The notes under the pieces are model-generated. The model ran no database searches, was not told where the DNA came from, and saw only the letters and a list, made by a program, of their open reading frames with translations. Shown in pieces: positions 1 to 6,903 of a stretch of 7,045 bases of DNA (positions are counted from its first letter, which is position 1; the number at the start of each line of letters is the position of its first letter). The stretch is from positions 1 through 7,045 of the forward strand of contig NW_021828986.1 of the NCBI RefSeq assembly GCF_006345805.1. The letters are read 5' to 3'. The position numbers and the translations under genes are program-made. Source of the DNA: Octopus sinensis (Eukaryota).

Positions 1-191
1 CTGTGTTTCTTTCAATTACTTTAATATAACAAAGAATTTAGTAAAATAACTTAGTTATCATTAAGCTTGTATTAGGAACATAAATTGTGATTAAGGTTTG
101 GTGGAAGATTTTAATTCAAAACTTATGAAAACAAAACATTTGTACTCAGAGCCAGGGCCTGTTTCAACCAGGTTGGTATCGAAAGGGTTAA
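1..191. mobile_element. piggyBac-type MITE, copy 1 (left end cut by the window edge)
   Basis: Ends TTGGTATCGAAAGGG (173-187) followed by TTAA (188-191). Homologous to 251-444. TTAA target site with CCC...GGG termini is the piggyBac signature. Confidence 0.8.
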
Positions 192-214
192 GAATTGCTT
201 CTCTATTATATATT

Positions 215-444
215 TTAACCCTCTTGTTACCATATTTCTGTTGAGATGCTCTGTGTTTCTTTCAATTAATTTTAAATATAACAAAGAATTTAGTAAAATA
301 ACTTAGTTATCATTCAGCTAGTGTTAGGAACATAAATTGTGACTAAGGTTTGGTGGTGTATTTTAATGAAAAACTTATGAAAACAAGGCATTTCTACCTC
401 AGAGCCAGAGGTGGTTTCAGCTGGGTTGGTATCGAAAGGGTTAA
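215..444. mobile_element. piggyBac-type MITE, copy 2 (222 bp, complete)
   Basis: TTAA (215-218), then CCCTCTTGTTACCA...TGGTATCGAAAGGG (219-440), then TTAA (441-444). Imperfect 14-bp TIR (11/14). No transposase. Confidence 0.85.
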
Positions 445-467
445 GAATTGTTTCTCTATTATATATT

Positions 468-683
468 TTAACCCTCTTGTTACCATATTTCTGTTGAGAT
501 GCTCTGTGTTTCTTTCAATTAATTTTAAATATAACAAAGAATTTAGTTATCATTCAGCTAGTGTTAGGAACATAAATTGTGACTAAGGTTTGGTGGAAGA
601 TTTTAATACAAAACTTATGAAAACAAGACATTTGTACTCAGAGCCAGAGTCGCTTTCAGCCGTGTTGGTAACAAACGGGTTAA
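468..683. mobile_element. piggyBac-type MITE, copy 3 (208 bp, complete)
   Basis: TTAA (468-471), then CCCTCTTGTTACCA...TGGTAACAAACGGG (472-679), then TTAA (680-683). TIR 12/14. Has a 13-bp internal deletion between TTAGT direct repeats relative to copy 2. Confidence 0.85.
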
Positions 684-697
684 ACTAAATATTATAA

Positions 698-872
698 ATT
701 CTGTTGTGTCTAGGGAGAGTCATTTTCTTTTTGTGCCTTATAATTTAACACACTCACCGGTAAAATTTCCACTTATTCCTTATTTTTATTTTTCTACCCC
801 TGACACAACAGAATATGCTTCAACACACGAATTCATACAAAGAATCTTGCAAACCAAATCCAAAAACGAATT
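698..872. mobile_element. Rearranged fragments of the hAT 3' subterminal region
   Basis: 698-794 matches about 5004-5101 (+). 797-870 matches about 5289-5362, the opposite orientation of the element. ATTCTGTTGTGTC (698-710) and GACACAACAGAAT (802-814) are inverted copies. Confidence 0.8.
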
Positions 873-937
873 ATAATTTCTATTTCTTGTATTCGGTAAT
901 ATTCGTGTTCGTTGACGCATGTCCTTACATACACACA

Positions 938-974
938 TCGTCAAATAACTGAAACAAGTTAAAGAAATAAAAGA
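938..974 (+). mobile_element. Orphan 3' tail of SINE family A
   Basis: GTCAAATAACTGAAACAAGTTAAAGAAATAAAAGA resembles GTCAAATGACTGAAACAAGTAAAAGA at about 4399-4424 and 1670-1695. Confidence 0.6.
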
Positions 975-1138
975 TCATAGGCGCAGGAGTGGCTGTGTGG
1001 TAAGTAGCTTGCTTACCAACCACATGGTTCCGGGTTCATTCTCACTGCGTGCATCTTGGGCAAGTGTTTCTACTATAGCCCCGGGCCGACCAAAGCCTGT
1101 GAGTGGATTGGTAGATGGAAACTGAAAGAAACCCGTCG

Positions 1139-1140
1139 TA

Positions 1141-1208
<68 letters not shown>
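1139..1208. repeat. (TA)n microsatellite
   Basis: About 35 TA units with one interruption, read directly. Confidence 0.98.
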
Positions 1209-1210
<2 letters not shown>

Positions 1211-1314
1211 ATTATCATAATAACAAAGGGTGAAATTAATTAATTAAGAAGTAATCTGTAATTTCACCAAGTAGATTCGGCATGAAAAGACCATTTCATG
1301 GTAAGTTTAAGTAA

Positions 1315-1416
1315 TACTATATAATTAGGTTCAGTAGAAGGAATAGCTAAGATTTTTTGACTGCTATTTCTAAACTTCGGTGTGTGTGAAGCAAATCGTG
1401 AACCCTAATTATATAG

Positions 1417-1418
<2 letters not shown>
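1315..1418. mobile_element. 100-bp TA-flanked MITE (Tc1/mariner-type target site)
   Basis: TA (1315-16), then CTATATAATTAGGTTCA...TGAACCCTAATTATATAG (1317-1416), then TA (1417-18). TIR of 17-18 bp differing by one indel. Confidence 0.65.
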
Positions 1419-1469
<51 letters not shown>

Positions 1470-1470
1470 T
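1417..1470. repeat. Interrupted (TA)n microsatellite
   Basis: Read directly. Confidence 0.95.
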
Positions 1471-1721
1471 TAAGTGCGGTGTGTATATGTTGTATATCTG
1501 TGTTTGTCCCCTCCCCCCAACATCGCTTGACAACCGATGCTGGTATGTTTAGGTCCCCGTAAAATAGCAGTTCGGCAAAAGGGACCGATAGGATAAGTAC
1601 TAGGCTTACAAAGAATAAGTCCTGGGGTCGATTTGATTCGACTAAAGGCGGTGCTCCAGCATAGCCGCAGTCAAATGACGGAAACAAGTAAAAGAAAAAA
1701 AGAATATATATATATATATAC

Positions 1722-1793
1722 ACATACAAAATTTAAAGGACTGACCACTACAAGTGGACGGTCAAAGTGGTCAGTCCTTTAAATTTTGTATGT
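1722..1793. repeat. Perfect 28-bp inverted repeat with a 16-nt loop
   Basis: ACATACAAAATTTAAAGGACTGACCACT (1722-1749) is the exact reverse complement of 1766-1793. Confidence 0.97.
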
Positions 1794-1905
1794 AAAAATA
1801 TTTTAATCTTCGGATTTTTTTAATATGCTAGGCCACTGGTTTTAATTGATTAATATCAATTTCTACCCTTATTCAATTTTATATATATATATATATATAT
1901 ATGTA

Positions 1906-2085
1906 TACAATTGCAGCATGGAAGGTGTTTATATGCCATTTAATGACACGCAAATACCGTACTGCATGGAATTTTGTCAGTGAACAGGTCGTGGGTTCAA
2001 AGCGACGAAAATATTTTGGCAAATTAAATTTAAATGTTGAGGTGAATCTAACGGTTTTCGTAATCACCTTCCACGCTGCAATTAT
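1906..2085. mobile_element. About 177-bp MITE with 19-bp TIRs
   Basis: AATTGCAGCATGGAAGGTG (1909-1927) versus CACCTTCCACGCTGCAATT (2065-2083) match 18/19. TA on the left. The right target site is degenerate, so the superfamily is uncertain. Confidence 0.7.
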
Positions 2086-2157
2086 TTTTGTCTTAGCACA
2101 CGACTCAGATTAGGTCACTTGCTATGCAAGTAATTCTCCGTAATATATATATATAGA

Positions 2158-2201
<44 letters not shown>

Positions 2202-2202
2202 C

Positions 2203-2469
2203 ATTCTTTTATTCTTTTACTCGTTTCATTCATTTGAGTACTGCCATGCTGGAGCATCGCCTTTTAGCCGAAGAACTCGACCCTAGGACTTATTTTTTTC
2301 GAGCCTTGTACTTATTCTATTGGTCTCATTTGCCGAACCGTTAGCTTACGGGGACGTAAACACACCAACATCGGTTGTCAAGCAATAGTGTGGAAAGAGG
2401 AGAAATGCTGGCACAAAGAACACACACACACACACACACATAAATATATATACATACACACACACACAA

Positions 2470-2525
<56 letters not shown>

Positions 2526-2683
2526 CGGCGGACTTCTTTCAGTTTCCGTCTACTAAATCCACTCACAATGCTTTGGTCAGCCCGAGGTTATAGTAGGAGA
2601 CACATGCCCAAGGTGACGCGCAGTGGAACTGAACCCGGCACCATGTACTTGGGAAGCAATCTTCTTAATACACAGCCACACCT
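2203..2683 (-). mobile_element. tRNA-derived SINE family A, full tripartite copy
   Basis: Reverse complement of 2525-2683 matches the head at 980-1140. Internal (CA)n/(TA)n at 2421-2524. 2203-2420 matches the body at 1490-1705, with tail ATTCTTTTATTCTTTTAC. Confidence 0.85.
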
Positions 2684-2724
2684 ACACACACACACACATA
2701 TATATATATACATACATACATACA

Positions 2725-2760
<36 letters not shown>

Positions 2761-2767
2761 TATATAT
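2684..2767. repeat. Compound (CA)n/(TA)n/(TACA)n microsatellite
   Basis: Read directly. Confidence 0.95.
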
Positions 2768-2866
2768 AAACATAATAAAATAGGGTAATAAAAATGAATT
2801 ATTAACACCAGTGGCCTAGCACAAAAGACGAATTAGTCATTAGACTATATATTATTCATATAGACT

Positions 2867-2907
2867 ATACATATATATATACATACATACATACATACAT
2901 ACATACA

Positions 2908-2941
<34 letters not shown>

Positions 2942-2975
2942 CATACACACACACACGCACATATATATATATATA
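2867..2975. repeat. Compound (TACA)n/(CA)n/(TA)n microsatellite
   Basis: Read directly. Confidence 0.95.
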
Positions 2976-2976
2976 A

Positions 2977-3074
2977 GAGGATACCTTTCCTAATGAAGGG
3001 GACGTTGTCCACATAGTTTGTAAGATTTACCAGGACATAAACTCTGGAAACGGCCGTAGAAAGTGAACTTCCTC
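2977..3074 (+). ncRNA. Degenerate type I hammerhead ribozyme motif
   Basis: Helix I 5' strand TACCTTTC (2982-2989); core CTAATGA (2990-2996, G5 changed to A); helix II hairpin GTTGTCC/GGACATAAC; GAAAC (3046-3050); palindromic ACGGCCGT (3049-3056); GTA triplet (3055-3057); helix I 3' strand GAAAAGTG (3058-3065); distal GAGG(A)/(T)CCTC pairing. Confidence 0.6.
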
Positions 3075-3443
3075 GAACTGTGTTTTTTTTTTACCTTATA
3101 TACCATTTATATATCTTTAAAATATCACATCGAACTCTATAGATCTTTTAATCGAAACCCTTTATCGCTCTTAACTTCAGTACAAAAAAAAAAAAAATAA
3201 TAATTCAGTCCTCTTTTTCTCACACTTCCTTCCATACGTTTCCCACATGGGTTTTATTTACATGCATTTTTATGCATATTTATATATATATTTATAGTTT
3301 ATAAATATTTAAAAAAATATTCATGTGTCGATATATGTTTTTATATAAGTATACGCATTTTAAGTCGAATTGCCTAATTTGAGTTTATATCTTAAATCTT
3401 ATCTTAAGCAGTTCTATATTTTTCATAAGAAAGAACTATAATA

Positions 3444-3585
3444 TTATATATATATATATATATATATAGTTGTGGTGTCCTGTACTCACGTATATATATT
3501 TATATATGCATGTATATATACATGTAGATGTAAGTACGTACATATATGTTTGTATGTATGCATATATTTTATTTATTACACTATA

Positions 3586-3632
<47 letters not shown>

Positions 3633-3685
3633 AATATATATATATATATATCTATATATATATATATATACATACATATATACAT
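3444..3685. repeat. Long TA-rich compound microsatellite
   Basis: (TA)n tracts with TGTA/TACA interruptions, read directly. Confidence 0.93.
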
Positions 3686-3778
3686 AAGAGAACGATAGTA
3701 CTTTTAAAAATACCATCGCTGGTGGCTGCGATCACAAGTCGTACAGGCAAATTAATAATGTATTTCTTGTGTGCACAA

Positions 3779-4254
3779 CAGAAACGTTATCGCGCCGGGC
3801 GAAATGCTCAGCGATATTTTGTCTGCCACTACGTTCTGAGTTCAAATTCCGCCGAGGTCGACTTTACCTTTCATCCTTTCGGAATCGATTAAATTAGTAC
3901 CTGTTACGCACTGGGGTCGATGTAATCGACTTAATCCGTTTGTCTGTTCTTGTTTGTCCCCTCTGTGTTTAGCCCCTTGTGGACAGTAAAGAAATAGATA
4001 TTTCGTCTGGCGCTACGTTCTGAGTTCAAATTCCGCCGAGGTCGACTTTGCCTTTCATCCTTTCGGGATCGATTAAATAAGTACCAGTTACGCACTGGGG
4101 TCGATGTAATCGACTCACCCGTTTGTCTGTTCTTGTTTGTCCCCTTTGTGTTTAGCCCCTTGTGGGCAGTAAAGAAATAGGTATTTCGTCTGCCGCTACG
4201 TTCTGAGTTCAAATTCCGCCGAGGTCGACTTCACCTTTCATCCTTTCGGAATCG
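3779..4254 (+). mobile_element. tRNA-derived SINE family B as a tandem array (about 2.4 units of 183-184 bp)
   Basis: CTACGTTCTGAGTTCAAATTCCGCCGAGGTCGAC starts at 3829, 4013 and 4196. Each unit has a B-box-like GAGTTCAAATTCC. Units start at 3813, 3997 and 4180 and end AAAGAAATA. A partial head at 3779-3812 precedes unit 1 only. Confidence 0.85.
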
Positions 4255-4437
4255 CTTGACAACCGATGCTGGTGTGTTTATGTCCGGTCACTTAGCGGTT
4301 TGGCAAAAGAGACTGATAGAATAAGTACTGGGCTTACAAAAAGAATAAGTCCCGGGGTCAAGTTGCTCGATTAAAGGCGGTGCTCCAGCATGGCCGCAGT
4401 CAAATGACTGAAACAAGTAAAAGAGTAAGAAGAGTAA
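4251..4437 (+). mobile_element. 3' body of SINE family A, fused to SINE B
   Basis: ATCGCTTGACAACCGATGCTGG...CAGTCAAATGACTGAAACAAGTAAAAGAG matches 1523-1700. Confidence 0.9.
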
Positions 4438-4441
4438 CCAT

Positions 4442-4922
4442 CGAAAGCAATTCAAAACAACTGGATAACCCATTCAACCGATTATGACCAAGTGGGGCAG
4501 TTGATTGGGTGCCTGAAATTACTATGCTAAGAACCTTGCAGAAGTTACAAAAAATTTAGAGAGTTTTGAGGACGAAGGTATTTTAGTGCAAAATGCGAAA
4601 GACGTGCAAAATCCAGAGATCAGGACTAACTATACTCAAATCTTTTAAAATTGTCTACAGTTGAAAGAGTTCATTTTGAAAGCTGAGTCAATAGTATTCA
4701 CTATCTACGATGCTGACAGAATACTCAAAGAGTTGAAATTCAGCGAAGACTTATGTTGTATCAGGAATTACATTGATTTTTAGATTCAATAAAAGCCCTA
4801 AAGTTTCAGCCGCGAAATACACAGATCTGAGACAATGCCAAGTGACATCAGCTGCTGAAGAACAATTCTTTGATACTGGAAAAATCCTTGCAAAAGACAG
4901 AAACTTTTTCTGTCTACAATAA
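4442..4922 (+). pseudogene. Decayed hAT-superfamily transposase, C-terminal part
   Basis: Frame starting at 4442 reads RKQFKTTG*PIQPIMTKWGS*LGA*NYYAKNLAEVTKNLESFEDEGILVQNAK...ELKFSEDLCCIRNYIDF*, with a TRW-like motif at 4487-4495. After a frameshift, 4797-4922 reads PKVSAAKYTDLRQCQVTSAAEEQFFDTGKILAKDRNF, resembling the TS-x3-ER-x-FS dimerization motif. Several stops. Confidence 0.72.
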
Positions 4923-5146
4923 ATTTCCTCAATAGTTTTTTTTAAAGTTTCGTTTTTGAATTTGGTTTGCAAGATTCTTTATATGAGTTGGTGTGTTGAA
5001 GCATATTCTGTTGTGTCTGGGGAGAGTCATTTTCTTTTTGTGCCTTATAACATAACACACTCACCTGTAAAATTTCCACTTTTTTCTTATTTTTATTTTC
5101 TTAAAATTTTTGTTGCGTCTTGCAACCTTTTGGTCTTGACTCTCTA
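4442..5146 (+). mobile_element. 3' half of a hAT DNA transposon
   Basis: Transposase relic followed by about 220 bp of non-coding sequence ending GTCTTGACTCTCTA (5133-5146). Its reverse complement TAGAGAGTCAAGAC fits the hAT (T/C)A(A/G)NG terminal consensus. The 5' end and target-site duplication are not visible. Confidence 0.65.
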
Positions 5147-5180
5147 TTTTAGTCTTGACTCTCTATTGAAAAGACTATTG

Positions 5181-5515
5181 AAAAGGTTGCAAGACGCAAC
5201 GAAAATTTTAGGAAAATAAAAATAAGAAATAAGTGAAATTTTACCGGTGAGTGTGTTAAATAATAAGGCACTAAAAGAAAATGACTCTCCCCAGACACAA
5301 CAGAATATGCTTCAACACACCAACTCATATAAAGAATCTTGCAAACCAAATCCAAAAACGAAATTTTAAAAATAACTATTGAGGAAATTTATTGCAGACA
5401 GAAAAAGTTCCTGTCTTTTGCAAGGATTTTTTCAGTATCAAAGAATTGTTCTACAGCATCTGATGTCACTTGGCATTGTCTCAGATCTGCGTATTTCGCG
5501 GCTGAAACTTCAGGG
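5181..5515 (-). mobile_element. Inverted copy of the hAT 3' region
   Basis: Reverse complement of 4796-5131 with about 19 differences in 336 bp (about 94%). On the minus strand it encodes VTSDAVEQFFDTEKILAKDRNF. Confidence 0.9.
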
Positions 5516-5517
5516 TT

Positions 5518-5652
5518 GACTATTGAAAAGGTTGAAAGACACAACGAAAATTTTAGGACAATAAAAATAATAAAAACGTGGAAATTTTACCGGTGAGTGT
5601 GTTATATTGTAGGGCACAAGAAGAGAATGACTCTCCCCAGACACAACAGAAT
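5518..5652 (-). mobile_element. Further partial tandem copy of the hAT 3' region
   Basis: Direct repeat of 5173-5306 at a 345-bp period, roughly 85% identical. Confidence 0.85.
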
Positions 5653-6186
5653 TATTTTTAAAAATTGTTTTGATAACCCTCGTACATCATAAAGTAATTA
5701 AAACAAGTGTGAGCTCGTTAATGTTAATGGACTTATTAACAATAATAAGCTTAAAATGAGGTTAAAATCTGTCTATAAAGTTTAAAAAGTATGAAAATAA
5801 GGTTAAAATCAAGTATTTAGGGTAAAAAATTGCCCTAGTGATAATAGACTCATTGGCTTGTAGTTCTTAAAACTTTTGGTATCTTCCTTTTTATAAAGAA
5901 GGGTCAGTTCAGAATTTTTCCACATATCCGGTATCTTATGTTTATGTAGACATTTTGTATATAGCATTATTTACATTATTTACATTCAACGAATATTTGT
6001 CCTGCTTCTTATTTTCATACCAGGCCCCAAAGACTTTCACTTCAAGATGAGGACAAATATCCGTTTGCCCGATTTCTTCTACTGGTCTGCTTTGATTTAG
6101 CAGTGAATCTGGTGGCTTACTTGAGTATTTTAGCTCTTATTTCTAGCAAGCTGGCACTTTGTGAGCCCTCTAGTAAAATTAAAAAA

Positions 6187-6430
6187 TAAATGCGCCCTTT
6201 TAAAGCCTAGCCAGGCTCATGGGCCCGGTTTCTATGGCGTATGTGTTCCCCAGTTGGACGGGACGCCAGTCCATCGCAGCGTTACTCATTTTTGCCAGCT
6301 GAGTGGACTGGAGCAACGTGAAATGAAGTGTTTTGCTCAAGAACACGACGCGTCGCCCGGTCCAGGAATCGAAACCACAATCTTACGATCATGGTGCTGA
6401 GACCCTAACCACTAAGCCACGCGCCTCCAC
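6187..6430 (-). mobile_element. tRNA-derived SINE family C
   Basis: Minus strand starts GTGGAGGCGCGTGGCTTAGTGG (A box, 6409-6419) and has GGTTTCGATTCC (B box, 6365-6376). Central GTGTTCTTGAGCAAAACACTT...AAAAATGAGTA and GCGATGGACTGGCGTCCCGTCC resemble conserved SINE central domains (V/Meta-like, tentative). Confidence 0.85.
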
Positions 6431-6548
6431 TCTAGTATAATTGCTTATTAATTATAAAATTTTATTGATTAGCCAATTAACGTCATTATTGCATGTGGTC
6501 ACGAATATTATTGTTGTTGCTGTTATTAATTATTTATATATTTACTGC

Positions 6549-6620
6549 AAATAATAATAATAATTATAATAATAATAATTATAATAATAATAATTATAAT
6601 AATAACAACAACAACAATAA
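6549..6620. repeat. (AAT)n/(AAC)n microsatellite
   Basis: Read directly. Followed by a 15-bp direct repeat TATTAACATTCGAAT (6624-6638, 6645-6659). Confidence 0.95.
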
Positions 6621-6669
6621 TGATATTAACATTCGAATTAGCATTATTAACATTCGAATATTTACTCGT

Positions 6670-6836
6670 CGTATGTATGTATGTATGTATGTATGTATGT
6701 ATGTATGTATGTATGTATGTATGTATGTGTGTATGTATGTATGTATGTATGTATGTATGTATGTATGTATGTTATGTATGAATGTTTGTATGTTTGTATG
6801 TATGTATGTATATGTTTGTGTGTGTGTATGTCTGTG

Positions 6837-6869
<33 letters not shown>

Positions 6870-6870
6870 T
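6670..6870. repeat. (GTAT)n grading into (GT)n microsatellite
   Basis: Read directly. Confidence 0.97.
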
Positions 6871-6903
6871 AGTATAAAATAATATACATATAGAGTGGTT
6901 GTA

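Larger units (their letters stand above)
980..1705 (+). mobile_element. tRNA-derived SINE family A (head, internal microsatellite, body), interrupted by inserts
   Basis: Head 980-1140 has an A-box-like TGGCTGTGTGG (990-1000) and a B-box-like GGTTCATTC (1033-1041). Body about 1475-1705 ends in an (AAAAGA)-type tail. The same head and body are contiguous in the minus-strand copy at 2203-2683. Confidence 0.85.

Noticed and set aside
350-586. 78-aa ORF (+)
   Set aside because: Spans two MITE copies and their spacer, starts at GTG, and has no transposase motifs.
1380-2783. ORFs rich in YI, HT, CV and MYVC runs (1380-1562, 1409-1729, 1879-2067, 1901-2113, 2378-2566, 2388-2783, 2588-2773)
   Set aside because: These are translations of microsatellites, SINEs and a MITE. 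Stop-free repeats explain their length.
3472-3687. 71-aa ORF (+)
   Set aside because: Translation of a TA-rich microsatellite.
3813-4254. CRISPR-like or coding repeat (ORF 3931-4212, -)
   Set aside because: The units are whole SINE bodies with no unique spacers, no cas genes are present, and the ORF is antisense to the SINE.
4288-4473. 61-aa ORF (-)
   Set aside because: Antisense reading of the SINE A body. The same peptide recurs in ORF 1409-1729.
4796-5515. A/G differences between the hairpin arms as a trace of RNA editing
   Set aside because: About half the differences are transitions, in both directions, as expected from ordinary neutral divergence.
4751-5596. Paired similar ORFs suggesting a duplicated gene or toxin-antitoxin pair
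   Set aside because: They are mirror images created by the inverted repeat. They are antisense to the transposase relic or lie in its non-coding 3' region.
5753-5840. Short repeats AAAAT(G/A)AGGTTAAAATC and a TAGGG/CCCTA dyad
   Set aside because: Too short and AT-rich to distinguish from chance.
6020-6186. Open frame on the + strand after a TTTTCATACCAG acceptor-like site
   Set aside because: No convincing donor site or recognisable protein similarity.
6161-6400. 79-aa ORF (+)
   Set aside because: Starts at GTG and is almost entirely antisense to SINE C.
6365-6430. tRNA genes (also at 980-1045 and 3779-3850)
   Set aside because: A and B boxes are present, but no full cloverleaf is evident and each continues into a SINE body.
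6493-6882. 129-aa Asn-rich ORF and 63-aa ORF (+)
   Set aside because: Translations of (AAT)n, (GTAT)n and (GT)n microsatellites.
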